Assembly (NCBI RefSeq): GCF_021028975.2
Contig: NC_059439.1
Coordinates: forward strand, 23,002,001-23,066,000
Direction: 5' to 3'
Origin: Sphaerodactylus townsendi
Taxonomy: Eukaryota
DNA length: 64,000 nucleotides
Positions 1 to 12,725 of the stretch are shown here, piece after piece. The notes under the pieces were generated by a model. That model did not search any database. It was not told where the DNA came from and saw only the letters and a program-made list of their open reading frames with translations. The first letter of the stretch is position 1. Each line of letters opens with the position of its first letter. The translations under genes and the position numbers were made by a program.

Positions 1-242
1 CAACAACAACAACAAAGAATATGGTAGAAAAGTTGACTATGGATCTCTAGTCACGTGTAGGTCACATAATTACTGCCAGATAGCAGTCACTATACATTTA
101 GGAACTCATATTATGAATGGTAACCAACTATCCTTAATTGGGTACAAATTCATAGAATGTGTGCCAGTGCAAATAAAAAAGTGCTAAATTCTTGTGTGTG
201 GGGGGGGTAAGAGACCTGAATATCCTACACTAGCCTTGCCAA

Positions 243-343
243 TTCTGGGAAGCTAAGCAGGGTTGGTCCTGATCAGTATTCGGATGGGAGACCTCTAAGG
301 AATAACAGGTCACAATACTGAGGCAAACCACCTCTGATTGTCT
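243..343 (+). mobile_element. 5S rRNA-derived SINE (paralogous copies near 8720-8820 and 20575-20680; other members at 47225-47430 (+) and 30860-31150 (-))
   Basis: ggaagctaagcagggttggtcctg...gtattcggatgggagacc matches the 5S internal control region, followed by a non-5S body (ggcaaaccacctctg). Confidence 0.7.
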
Positions 344-359
344 CTAGTCTTGAAACTCT

Positions 360-993
360 TCCCCCCTGACCCTGCTTATTCCAATTGAACAAGGACACAT
401 GGCCAATTATTTACAGTGGATCACCAACCCTAAATTAAGAAGAGCTTTAACACTGGCCAGATTCAATCTAATGCCTTCTATGCTGCTCTATGGCAGATAT
501 CAACAAATTGATAAACAGAGGAGGCTATGTCCATGCAATATGGGTCAGGTGGAGACACTCGATCATACCCTCTTTCATTGTGTAAGGTTTGCAAAAATCA
601 GAATGTCACAATCTGCACTTATCCCATTTCTGTATAACAATCTAACTGATGCTCTTAAGATACCTATGCTTTTGAACAACATGGATCCCACAGTGTGTGA
701 GAATGTAGCAAAATTTCTGCTAACAATAATAGACGTAAGTCTAGATGAATACCAACCAATGTCTATGTATTATGACCACATATAGCCAGCAGTAATTTTG
801 CTAGCTTCTGTCAGTATCCGATGACGTTTAAGTGAGTTAACTTAGCTGAAGGAATGTCCTATAGTTACAGAAGGACCATGTATATATTTTAGTATTTAGT
901 ATTTTAGTACCAGCGTCTATAATTGTGAGCAATAATGGGCAAATTTTGTATGCTGATTTTGTATGTTTATTTTATGCCAATAAAGGCTTGTGA
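360..993 (+). mobile_element. 5'-truncated RTE-X-like LINE, young copy
   Basis: ORF 399-785 ends in RLCPCNMGQVETLDHTLFHC; aataaaggcttgtgact tail; 16-bp TSD ctagtcttgaaactct at 344-359 and 994-1009; empty site in unit B (~8821); near-identical to 15030-15670. Confidence 0.85.
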
Positions 994-1710
994 CTAGTCT
1001 TGAAACTCTGCTGAGTCTCCATAAGTCAGCTGTGAGAGGCTCCTGCTGGCATGCATTTTGCTAGTCTCCACAATGTCATTGGATTCCTCTTGGATTTAAC
1101 TAAAATACGTGGACATGGGTGCATCCCCTTCCCACTCACATACTTTGCTAGCTTTTGAGTGCAGCTACATGGTGCATGGACTGGGGGGGTGGTTCAAGGG
1201 GTGGGATTTGTGTGTCGTTGCAGGGGGTCACTGGGATGAAAGGGGAGTGATGGTAGCAAAGAGCTCTAGGGTATGGTGCAGGTGATTTAGAAAAGGGCAT
1301 GCCTACCAAATTTGAATCCTGGGGTGTCTGCAGCCCATCCTTTCCACGTGGGGATGAACCCAGGAGCCTTGGTTCCAGCACCTTTCTGTGGGATTCCTTA
1401 CAATGGTGATATCAGAGCTTCAATGGAATGACAAATGCCCAAAGGCATCCCTCCTTTGCAAGTACCTGGCTGATCCACCGGTTAGAGCTCTTTTTTTTAG
1501 GATGAGGTGGTAGTGAGATCAAGCCAAGCCTCTTACTTATGTTTTATTAGCAACAGCACTATGATCTGAATATTTCTCTGTGCAGTCTGAAGGGAGGGGC
1601 ATTGAGAAACTGTGGCCATGTTGCCAGACACTGATTGACTGGACCTGTCTTTGTAGCTTGTAGACTCTTTGTTAATTGCAACCACATACAAGTCACGTAG
1701 GGGTGGACTG

Positions 1711-2783
1711 CTGGAATCAAGGGGCATTTCCCCACTCAGCATGATCCCCCCTGTGCCGCGTGCTGCTCACAGCACCCCTATGCCGCGTGCTGCTCACAGC
1801 ACGCAGCATCCCTAGCCCACTCCTGGGCGTCCCCACGACCCCGCACTGTGCATGGGGTCATCAAAAGGTGCCCTTTGCAAGAGCCCCAGGGATGACATGC
1901 ACTGAGGGGGAGCGGCACCGGAAGCGTTGGGGTGGCAGTGCTGTCACTGCCCCTCTCGTGGTGAGTGTCGGGGGACCCCGCGCTACTCTCCTCAAGTAGC
2001 ACGGGGCTTAAGGTAAGAGGGGAAAGGCCCATAGTTGAAACCTTCAAATTTTGGGTCTGCCTTTGTTTTCATACAGACTCGTGTAGTTTATCTCAGCTAG
2101 GAATGTGGGGGCTTCAGCGCTCGAATTGGTGGCTTCATACTGAAGCCAAAGTCCTTTCTCTGGGTTTTAACTGGGAGTCTTTACTAATGCTTACTGCTCC
2201 TGAGTTATTTCACCAACTTAAAGCTAGACTATTTGAACAGGAATACCAATTTCTTTAAGTAAAGTTAAGTAAAGTAAAGTAAAGACTATTTGAACAGGAA
2301 TACCAATTTCTTTAAGTTCTCCATTATTTTTTGGAATTACTTCCCAGAAATTCTACCCCGCTACTTACCTGGACCAACTGGTGAATTATAAACTTAGATG
2401 GCTTACAACCTAAGCAAGATGTAACTCCTTTCCCCTCAGTTTTACTCCAAGGTTGTTTTTCTAATATCGCTCATCTTGAGCGACGCTGCCAGTTATGTCT
2501 CCATATACCAGATTTGCTTGCTCATGTCTTTCTTCCCTGCCATAAACATAATAATCTTAGATCTGACCTGGTTGCATTATTTCCTACAGGATTGGCATCT
2601 CTTCTAGACAAAATAAAAATGATTAAGTTACTGGACAATCCTGAGGTAGAAATATCCGAAGCTGTAGCAACATTCTTGATAAGTGTTTTGCATGCTTTGT
2701 AATAACGTTCTTTTACTGTAACTTTATTTAGTTTTAACTGTTTTTGGGGTTTTTTCTAATGCCTATTTAATGTTTCTGAAATC
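1711..2783 (+). mobile_element. RTE-X-like LINE 3' fragment with nested MITE (paralogue at 10380-11377; pieces at 26195-26380 and 27366-27510)
   Basis: Decayed C-terminal ORF remnants and aatgcctatt(a)aa tail; flanked by a ~35-bp direct repeat taattgcaaccacatacaa...ggtggact (1673-1710 / 2784-2817); single copy of the site in unit C (~21255). Confidence 0.7.
1722..2030. mobile_element. Harbinger-type MITE (paralogue at 10390-10672)
   Basis: TIRs gggcatttccccact / ag(t)ggggaaaggccc; GC-rich non-coding interior. Confidence 0.65.
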
Positions 2784-3110
2784 TAATTGCAACCACATAC
2801 AACTTTAGGAGTGGACTTTATATTCAAAAGAAAATAATAGAAGACCCTTATACATCAAACACTCAGAACAATATTACTCAACATACAATTTTTTCTGGTA
2901 CAGGAGATTTATCATAATTCAAATAACTCATATAGATACAGCCATTAATATAGATATAAAAATTCTGTTACAATTATATGACACATGGTAGAAATATGAT
3001 GCCAATGAGAATACATCAGTAGCCATAACAGCACTATGCACCTATTTACACTCGTATCAACTGGGTTCAGTTCACTGGGAAGTTTATCAAATCTTCAGGC
3101 AAAATCCAGA

Positions 3111-4038
3111 CTATTTCTTTAACATTTTCTGCATGGCTACATGGATTTCTTTGTTTTTCAGACTATAAATAATGGGATTCAGGAGTGGAGGCAAAATGGT
3201 GTACAACACAGCAGCTGTCACGTCTACTGGTACAGAAGACATGGATTTTGGTCTCATATAAGAAAACAAACCAGTAGAGACAAACAAGGAAAGCACAGTC
3301 AAGTGTGGGATGCAGGTAGAAAAGGCTTTAGACTTGGCCTTGGCTGATTTAATTTTCAGCACGTTTTGCAAAATGAACCCATAAGAAGTTAATATACCGA
3401 ACAAGCAAAATGAGCAAATAACAGCTCCTTCAACAACAAGAACCACAGCGTTGGCAGTTGTATCAGTGCAAGAAATCGTTAATAATTGGGGGATATCACA
3501 AAAATATTGTTCAATCTTAGAGCTGCAAAAATTTAACCTGAATGTGTTTGCAGTATTCACAGCAGCGTAGATTATGCTGCTGATCCAAGGTGCTGCGGCC
3601 ATTTGGATGCAAGTATTCCAGTTCATCAACACCGTGTATTGTAGAGGATGACAAATTGCTACATAGCGGTCATAAGCCATCACAGTCAGAAAGGTCAGCT
3701 CGACACCTGCACCAGTCAACACTAAGAACACTTGTGCGACACATCCAGGGAAAGAAATCAGTTTGTTTGTCCAGGAAATCGCCATGGATTTGGGGACAGT
3801 GGCAGAGATGTAGCAAGCATCTGATAAAGAGAGGTTGGCTAGGAAGAAATACATGGGATTGTGAAGGGACTGATTCTGGACTACAGTCAGCATCAAAAGG
3901 AAGTTCCCCACCAAGGCCGCTGAGTAAATGGAAAGAAATGTTACAAAGTGTAAAATCTGGAGCTCTGGGAGATCAGAAAATCCCAAGAGGAAGAAGGCTG
4001 TGACAGTTTGATTCCCCCTTCCTTCAGTGAGACGAACC
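3111..4038 (-). CDS. Olfactory receptor, family-14-like, copy 1 (main coding exon; 319 aa if spliced to 7258-7289)
   Basis: Motifs GN, LHNPMYFFLANLS, TVPKSM, MAYDRYVAICHPLQY, KAFSTCIPHL, PPLLNPIIYSLKN; NQT sequon; open frame 3111-4094. Confidence 0.95.
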
Positions 4039-4926
4039 CTTGTAGAAACAAAAGGAAACATGTCATTGAGGAATAAAACTAATGGAGGAACCATGTCTGG
4101 AGTTTAGAGCAAAGATATACGGACATAGATACAAATTAGGGTCTCTTACATTTGAAGTACATCTTCCTATCTGTACCATTAAGACCACAGTCTAAAATTA
4201 AGTGATGTTGGGGGTGGTGGAAAGTGTCATCAACCTGTAACTGATTTAAGGGTTTTTAGGACAAGAGACTAGCAGAGGTGTCATTACTTGCCTCTGTAAA
4301 GCAACTTTGGACTACCTTGTTGGTCTTTCATCTCAAATACTTGTTGGTATTTGTCTCCTTGTTAAGAGATACCTTTGCATTACAGCAGAGTGCACAGAGG
4401 CAAAACACAGCAGAGTTTAACCAGAAATGTGTGTGTGGGTGGAAAACAAAAGAAACTCAGAGCCAATTCATAATTTCTGTCTAAATAAGAGGAGCTTTTA
4501 TTAGTGAACTCCATTCTGTATAGAACAATGGAGAGATGGGTCCTATATTCTAATCTAACTAGGGGGATGGTGAGGGATGCCATCTGCATCTCTCTGCACA
4601 TATAGCGCAAGATTGAGGAATGTGTGCAAGAATGGTGATTTGAGTGTGAAGGAGAAGCAGGAAGGAAGGAAGTTCCCTGAGACTAGCAATCTACACATCA
4701 AAGGGATAATGTCGGAGCAGTAGAGAAAGGGTGCTCAGTGTCTTGACCTCCTCACCTGGTAGGCCCACATTGAATCAAACATTCCCTCCCTGGGCTTTAC
4801 TTAGGATTAGCTTCACATGCTTTCCCCCAGCATAATCCTTCATCACCTCAAGGACGGACTATTCAACCAAAAATATCAACTCTCAATTGGTAATTTGGCA
4901 TCATACCCAAGAAAGGTACACTACAC

Positions 4927-5232
4927 TTGTCAGTGCTATCAGTCACAGACCAGGAAAGGGATTTGGGCGTCTTAGTTGATAGTTCCATGGGAATGTCAAC
5001 TCCATACATGGCAGCTGTGAAAAAGGCAAACTCTATGCTGGGGATCATTAGGAAAGGAGTTGATAATAAAACTGCAAGGATTGTCATGCCCTTATATACA
5101 GCCGTGGTGTGACCGCACTTGGAGGACTGTGTTCAGTTCTGGTCGCCACATCTCAAAAAGGATATCAAAGAGATAGAAAACGTGCAAGGAAGGGCAACGA
5201 GGATGACTGAAGGATTGGAGCACCTTCCTTGT
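4927..5232 (+). mobile_element. CR1 LINE ORF2 fragment
   Basis: [12 protein letters not shown]...AAVKKANSMLGIIRKG...PLY motif. Confidence 0.85.
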
Positions 5233-5730
5233 CATGTTCTTACAAAAGCTGGCTATCTAAATGTATTGCTTGATCCCAAGTTAAGATGGTAACTACCGAG
5301 GCAAGAACTGACACACTCCCTCCCACCCTATCACCTGAGAGATTCAAGTCAGCTCTACATAAGATGTGTGCCTGTATGTGTTGCCGAACGCTCGATGAGA
5401 CCTTGGAACACATTTTTCTTGTCTGCCCCAAATTAATAGAACTTAGATCTAGTTTTTTTTTTCAAGAAGGTCCCAAGTATGGTTAGCCTGCTTTCATCTA
5501 ACGCCAGCATGAATTATCTTTTGAACAACTAGGACCCTAAGATGCTGGAAATAAAGACCAATTTTTAGTACAAATTGTGGAGCATCCCTCTGGGTGCCTC
5601 CCCCAGTCCAACTGAACAATGTGTGTATGTTCCTGACATTTGTTTAAATTATAAATGTTTTACTTTTCCTACTTGCTACACATTGTATCCATTTGATGCC
5701 TAATAAAGGTCTTTGTAATTGTAATTGTCT
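5233..5730 (+). mobile_element. RTE-X-like LINE 3' fragment
   Basis: CMCCRTLDETLEHIFLVCPK Cys/His motif; aataaaggtc followed by a (ttgtaa)n tail. Confidence 0.65.
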
Positions 5731-5746
5731 CTACTTCCTCTAGCTA

Positions 5747-6535
5747 TCTTAGTTGATAGTTCCATGGGAATGTCAACTCAATGCATGGCAGCTGTGAAAA
5801 AGGCAAACTCTATGCTGGGGATAATTAGGAAAGGAATTCAGAATAAAACTGCAAAGATTGTCATGCCCTTATATAAAGCAGTGGTGCGACTGCACTTGGA
5901 GTACTGTGTTCAGTTCTGGTCGCCTCATCTCAAAAAGGACATTGAAGAGATAGAAAAAGTGCAGAGAAGGGCAACAAGGGTGATTGAGGGACTGGAGCAC
6001 CTTCCTTATGAGGAGAGGCTGCAGCGTTTAGAACTCTTTAGTTTGGAGAGGAGACGTCTGAGGGGGGATATGATTGAAGTCTATAAAACTATGCATCGGG
6101 TAGAAAATGTTGACAGAGAGAAATTTTTCTCTCTTTCTCACAATACTAGAACCAGGGGGCATACATTAAAATGCTGGGGGGAAGAATTAGGACTAATAAA
6201 AGGAAACACTTCTTCACGCAGCGTGTGATTGGTGTTTGGAATATGCTGCCACAGGAGGTGGTGATGGCCACTAACCTGGATAGATTTAAAAGGGGCTTGG
6301 ATAGATTTATGGAGGAGAAGTCGATTTATGGCTCCCAATCTTGATCCTCTTTGATCTGAGATTGCAAATGCCTTAACAGTCCAGGTGCTCGGGAGCGACA
6401 GCCGCAGAAGGCCATTGCTTTTACATCCTGCATGTGAGCTCCCAAAGGCACCTGGTGGGCCACTGTGAGTAGCTGAGAGCTGGAGTAGATGGACTCTAGT
6501 CTGATCCAGCTGGCTTGTTCTTATGTTCTTATGTT
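5747..6535 (+). mobile_element. CR1 LINE 3' end
   Basis: ORF 5725-6228 [28 protein letters not shown]...LFSLERRRLRGDMIEVYK; (ttcttatg)n tail. Confidence 0.92.
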
Positions 6536-7257
6536 TTACTGATCAGTCCCCCTCTGTCACTAATGCAGAAGATAGTGCTTTTGTGCAATCACTTCCAACA
6601 CTACTGACCAGGGCCAATCCTGCTTAGATTAAAGGTTATTATAGGATTTCCAACAAAACACATCTTCCTATGTCTGCTTTTCAAAATAATGCATGCCAAA
6701 CCATTACATGACTGACTGACTGTTCAAAGAAGTTTACAAATGAAGAAAAAGATATGCCAATGGTACGGAGATTTATATCCAACCATCATCCAATTTTTAA
6801 TGTACAGTGGGTTTATTCAGTGTGTGTGTGTTTTGTTTGTTTTGGGGATATGATCAATGGTCATTAAGTGGATAGTTTATAAGTAACCAGAAATCAGGTG
6901 TGGAAACTTGATTCTCTACATTTTGTAGTTGCCTACCATGAGTTATAGCTGTTGATAGAATTAGCCTCTGTGATTGTGACTAACCATGAAGAAATCGACA
7001 GCTGCCTGCCACATTCAGTGGTTGGGAAATCCATATACTATGAGACAGTGTAACTATTACTTATACACACAATTGTGCCCCCATTCGAATTTCAAGTTAT
7101 TTAGACTTTCTTGTCAGCAAAGTGCCCTGTTCCCCTGATAAGTTTGGTGATTTTGTGATTCCCTTCCCACCATTTCGAGATGATGATACCATTATTGAAA
7201 CACAATAAAAATTTCAGTAGCAATTGTTTAAGTATCTTGATTATCTAAATTTAGTAC

Positions 7258-7289
7258 CTTGCATGCCTGGTGGATTCTGAGTCAACCAT
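7258..7289 (-). CDS. Predicted upstream coding exon of OR copy 1 (MVDSESTRHA-R, phase 2)
   Basis: ATG GTT GAC TCA GAA TCC ACC AGG CAT GCA AG|GTACTA; phase matches acceptor tttctacaag|G at 4039/4038; conserved in all four units. Confidence 0.7.
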
Positions 7290-7513
7290 TTGTCTGTGTT
7301 CAATACCAGAACGATGATTTTTCTGCCCTTCTGCTTGAAATCCTGTTGTACAGTTACAAACAAAATACTCAAAACAATTGCAAGCCTTCAAGAAGCAATG
7401 TTAAGTTCCTTGATGCTTTTCCCTTTGAGATGCTGCGCTGTTCCTGGAAGGAAGAAGAATGGGAGATCTCGAGGACCTTGATCCATCGTTGTCCTAATGT
7501 ATTTAGCAAGTGC

Positions 7514-7522
7514 TCCCTGGAG
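7514..7522. promoter_or_regulatory. Candidate O/E (Olf/EBF) site in the conserved OR upstream block (also 16747-16755, 24254-24262, 30498-30506)
   Basis: TCCCTGGAG fits YCCCNNGRR; invariant in four units, ~230 bp upstream of the predicted ATG. Confidence 0.4.
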
Positions 7523-7743
7523 TCTTTTGTACCCCAACGGCATAAATTAAATGTAACAAAGTAAAACTATTTCCTGGCATACAGACTTCTTTGGTTTTAT
7601 GAAATTATGGAAAAGACCATTAAGCAGACTTTTGCTGTTGCTTAGTGAAGAACTGATGCATTCTGGGGGTTGAATCCAGCCTGCTGTTCTGCTGGTGAAA
7701 AATGGCAGGAGTCCTCTTAATCAGGAAAATGGCAGGACTGTCA

Positions 7744-7863
7744 GTATACATTTTACTAGACTCCACTTCTCTCAAAGACTTGAATAAAGCTTTTTCTGTC
7801 TTTTTCACCATCCTAACACCTCTGGTCAATCCTCTCATGTACAGTCTGTGAAACAAAGATGTA
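7744..7863 (+). pseudogene. OR6/11-like gene relic (ECL3-TM7-helix 8)
   Basis: Translates VYILLDSTSLKDLNKAFSVFFTILTPLVNPLMYSL*NKDV. Confidence 0.85.
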
Positions 7864-9208
7864 CCCATCTGTAACACACATAAAAATGGGAATAGGTGGC
7901 AGAGATTAATTTTTCACCAAGCTCCTTGGAATAATAGACTAATTCAATAAAATAAGTGGATTAATTCATAACTTAAATTAGCCCCGTTAATTTGTTGCAG
8001 CAAAAAAGAACAATAACTTTAATTGAGCTTTTTTCAGCTAGAATCCTGTCAGAAAACTGAAGTGTTCGAAGACTCCTCTCTTCTTGTTAAAATGTGTTGA
8101 CCAATCATAAAACAAAACATTTATTCAACTTAGAAATTTTGTTAGAACATTTTGCTTTCCTTTTAAAATTCTCAGGAGTTTTACTGAAGCAAACGTGCTT
8201 CCTTATAGTCCTCAGATGGTATCTTCAGGATGTGTGAAAAATCATTAAAATTAATATGTATAACATATCTTAAATGTTAAATAAAATTACAATAATTCAG
8301 TAACAAAGTGAATCCAAAGACTGCCCTTCTAACAACACCAAAACATCAATTCGATTGCACATAACTTGTTATATGGATTGACCTGATGTGGTTCGGTCAG
8401 ATAAATGTTCTTTGGAGGTTCAAATACATAGACGCAAACACAAAAAGTAGTTATGAAAGAGCAAAAATGAACAAAGGTCACAAAGAATATGGTAGAAAAG
8501 TTGACTATGAATCTCTAGTCATGTTTGGTCATATAGTTTCTGCCAGAAAACAGTCGCTATACATTTAGGAACTCATATTATGGATGGTAACCAACTATCC
8601 TTAACTGGGTGCCAATTCATCGAATGTGTGCCAGTGCAAATCCAAAAAAATGAGTGTTGAATTCTTGGGGTGGGGGGGGGGGGGTAAGTGACCTGAATTT
8701 CCTAGGTTAGCCTTGTCAATTCTGGGAAGCTAAGCAGGGTTGGTCCTGCTCAGTATTTGTATTGGAGACCTTTACAGAATACCAAGGTCAGAATACTGGG
8801 GCAAACCACCTCTCATTGTCTCTTGTCTTGAAAACTCTGCTGAGTCTCCATAAGTCAGCTGTGACTTAACTGGGATAAACAGGAAAAAAGGGATTTTTGA
8901 AGCCTAACATCAGGCAATCAGCTCAGCCAATTGTCAAGGATATCTTGCATTGAGATTGACCACAGCTGATGTCTGGGGGAACTAAGCAAGTATACTTAGT
9001 GCAACTCCTAGCCAAACACCCATGGCACCTATTGCCTCACAGGAATGGACAACTAAACAGCAGCAGCTGAGAATGAAGAAGAGCAACTCCACATGTTGAA
9101 AGTCCATGTGATGAGTACTCTGAAAGGATGTCTCAGCAGATGTCTCTCTCCCCTTTGCCTATGTCTCTTTTTACCATCTGTACAGACAATGATTCAAGAA
9201 GAAGATAA

Positions 9209-9580
9209 TGTGGAGGACTCAACAGGGTGGAAATGCAGTGTGGGTTGGCTGCAGTGCCTTGCAGAGATCCTGCCACTCAACCATGGAGCTGCCATCCCCA
9301 CAGCTCAAGCCCACCTCCTGCACCATTTTGCATGTTCAGACAGCCCTCCTTTTGGTGTGTCTGCACCACTCCAAGGCACAATGTGACAGAGAGAGCTTGC
9401 CATATCTCCCCACGGTTTCCTAGAGCAGCTTGAACAGGCTGCTCTGGGCGATAAAAATACACAACCTTACTGGCACTTGTGACTATTTCCCTGCTGCCAT
9501 TGAATAAAGTCTAGTGTTCGAATTCCATGTTTGTCTCTGGCATTGGGTATTGAGGCCTGCCTCCACCTCTTCTGACCCAC
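9209..9580 (+). mobile_element. Solo-LTR-like insertion
   Basis: Starts TG, has TATA-like gataaaaat and aataaa followed by a GT-rich tract; absent from the homologous position of unit C. Confidence 0.35.
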
Positions 9581-11678
9581 CCACTCATGCCACATCCCCT
9601 CCAGCCCAGCACCTCCTCACACCTCTGTGAATTCTCACTGAGACTTCTCAGAAAGATTCCCTCTTTACACATGTGTAGCGGTTGGGTTGGGTTTGTGAGA
9701 GGCTCCTGCTGGGATGCCTTTTGTTAGTCTCCACAATGTCATTGGATTCCTCTTGGATTTAACTAAAATACATGGACATGGTTGCATCCCCTTGCCACTC
9801 ACATACTCTGCAAGCTTTTGTGTGCAGCTACATGGTGCATGGGCTGGGAGGGTGGTTCAGGGGGTGGGACTTGTGTGTCATTTCAGGGGGGTCACTGGGA
9901 TGAAAGGGGAGTGATGGTAGCAAAGAGCTCTAGTGTATGGTGCAGGTGATTTGGAAAAGGGCATGCCTACCAAAATTCAATCCTGGTATGTCTGCAGCCC
10001 ATCCTTTCCAGGTGGAAATAAACCCAGGAGCCGTGGTTCCAGCACCTTTCTATGGGATTCCTTACAATGGTGATATCAGAGCTTCAATGGAATGACAAAT
10101 GCCCAAAGGCATTCCTCCTTTGCAAGTATCTGGTTGATCCACTGGTTAGGGCTCTTTTTTTTTTTAGGATGAGGTGGGAGTGAGATCAAACCAAGCCTCT
10201 TACTTGTGTTTTATTAGCAATGGCACTATGATATGAATATTTCTCTGTGCAGTCTGAAGGGAGGGGTATGGCATTTAGAAACTGTGGCCACGTTGCCAGA
10301 CACTGATTGACTGGACCTGTCTTTGTAGCTTGTAGACTCTTTATTAATTGCAACCACATACAACTGTAGGGGTTGACTGCTGGAATTAAGGGACGTTTCC
10401 CCACTCAGCATGATCCCCCCTATGCCACGCGCTGCTCACAGCGCGCGGCATCCCTAGCACACTCCTGGGCGTCCCCATGACCTCATGCTGTGTGTGGGGT
10501 CATCAAAAGGCACCCATTGCAAGAGCGCCAGGGATGACATGCACTGAGGGGGCGCAACAGCGGAAACGTCGGGACGGCAGCGCTGTCACTGCCCCTCTCA
10601 TGGTGAGTGCCAGGGGACCCCACGCTACTCTTCTCAAGTACCGTAGGGCTTAAGGTAAGTGGGGAAAGGCCCATAGTTGAAACCTTCAAATTTTGGGTCT
10701 GCTTTGTTTTCATACAGACTCATATAGTTTATCTCAGCTTGCAATAGGGGGCTTCAGCGCTCAAATTGGTGTCTTCATACTGAAGCCAAAGTCCTTTCTC
10801 TGGGTTTTAACTGGGAGTCTTTACTAATGCTTACTGCTCCTGGTTATTTCACCAACTTAAAGCTAGACTATTTGAACCGGAATACCAATTTCTTTAAGTA
10901 AAGCACAAAGCTTTCCATTATTTTTTGGAATTACTTCCCAGAAATTCGACCCCGCTACTTACCTGGACCAACTGGTAAATTATAAACTTAGATGGCTAAC
11001 AACCTAAGCAAGATGTAACTCCTTTTCCCTCAGTTTTACTCCAAGGTTGTTTTTCTAATATCGCTCATCTTGAGCGACGCTGCCAGTTATGTCTCCATAT
11101 ACCAGATTCACTTGCTCATGTCTTTCTTCCCTGCCATAAACATAACAATCTTAGATCTGACCTGGTTGCATTCTTTCCTACAGGATTGGCATCTCTTCCA
11201 GACAAAATAAAAATAATTAAGTTACTGGATAATCCTGAGGTAAAAATATCGGAAGCTTTAGCAACATTCTTAATACGTGTTTTGCATGCTTTGTAATAAC
11301 GCTCTTTTACTGTAACTTTATTTAGTTTTTACTGTTTTTGCGTTTTTTTCTAATGCCTATTAAAGGTTTTTGAAATCTAATTGCAACCCCATAAAACTGT
11401 AGCGGTGGACGGTATATTCAAAAGAAAATAATAGAAGAGCCTTTTACATCAAACACTCAGAACAATATAACTCAACAAAGAAATTTTTCTGGAACAGATT
11501 TATCATAATTCATATAGATACAGCCATCAATAGCTATCGTTAATATAGATATATAAATTCTGTTACAATTATATTACATGTGGTAGAAATATCATGCCAA
11601 TGAGAATACATCAGTAGCCATAACAGCACTATGCACCTATTTACACTCGTATCAACTGGGTTCAGTTCAGTGGGAAGT

Positions 11679-12636
11679 TTAGCAAATCTTCAGGCAAAAT
11701 CCAGACCGTTTCTTTAACATTTTCTGCATGGCTACCTGGATTTCTTTGTTTTTCAGACTATAAATAATGGGATTCAGGAGTGGTGGCAAAATGGTGTACA
11801 GTACAGCAGCCGTCAGGTCTACTGGTGCAGAAGACATGGATTTTGGTCTCATATACGAAAACATAGAAGTAGAGAGAAACAAGGAAAGCACAGTCAAGTG
11901 TGGGATGCAGGTGGAAAAGGCTTTAGACCTGGCCTTGGCTGATTTAATTTTTAGCACGTTTTGCAAAATGAACCCATAAGAAGTTAATATACCGGAAAAG
12001 CAAAATGAGCAAATAACAGCTCCTTCAACAACAAGAACCACCGCATTGGCAGTTGTATCAGTGCAAGAAATCATTAATAATTGGGGGATATCACAAAAAT
12101 ATTGTTCAATCTTAGAGATGCAAAAATGTAACCTGAATGTGTTTGCAGTATTCATAGCAGCGTAGATTATGCTGCTGATCCAAGGTGCTGCGGCCATTTG
12201 GATGCAAGTATTCCAGTTCATCAACACTGTGTATTGTAGAGGATGACAAATTGCTACATAGCGGTCGTAAGCCATCACAGTGAGAAAGGTCAGCTCAACA
12301 CCTGCACCAGTCACCACTAAGAACACTTGCGCGACACATCCAGGGAGAGAAATCAGTTTGTTGTTCGTCCAGGAAATCGCCATGGATTTGGGGACAGTGG
12401 CAGAGATATAGCAAGCATCTGATAAAGAAAGGTTGGCTAGGAAGAAATACATGGGATTGTGAAGGGACTGATTCTGGACTACAGTCAGTATCAAAAGGAA
12501 GTTCCCCACCAAGGCTGCTGAATAAATGGAAAGGAATGTCACAAAGTGTAAAATCTGGAGCTCTGGGAGATCAGAAAATCCCAAGAGGGAGAAGGCTGTG
12601 ACAGTTTGATTCCCCCTTCCTTCAGTGAGACGAACC
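11679..12636 (-). CDS. Olfactory receptor, family-14-like, copy 2 (main coding exon; 329 aa if spliced to 16489-16520)
   Basis: All OR motifs intact. The ORF-track start at 12737 is a GTG inside a MITE; no in-frame ATG before PMYFF. Confidence 0.93.
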
Positions 12637-12725
12637 CTTGTAGAAAGAAAAGGAAACAGGTTAATGAGAAATAAAACTAATGGAAGAAATAAGTCTGGGC
12701 TTTGGAGCAAAAGCCTAGGGACTGA

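Noticed and set aside
243-310. 5S rRNA gene
   Set aside because: Partial, diverged and fused to a SINE body; multiple decayed copies.
3590-4003. Antisense ORFs over OR genes (also 22101-22502, 58491-58775)
   Set aside because: Shadow frames with no recognisable domains and inconsistent ends among paralogues.
4039-4094. Hydrophobic N-terminal extension or signal peptide MVPPLVLFLNDMFPFVST on the OR14-like genes
   Set aside because: Best explained as translated polypyrimidine tract; the start codons are not conserved among copies (ATG, GTG, ATG, TTG).
4970-6007. ~260-bp TSD around the RTE-X fragment
   Set aside because: The two CR1 stretches differ at many positions and host sequence (cctctagctat) lies between them, so they are two independent CR1 pieces.
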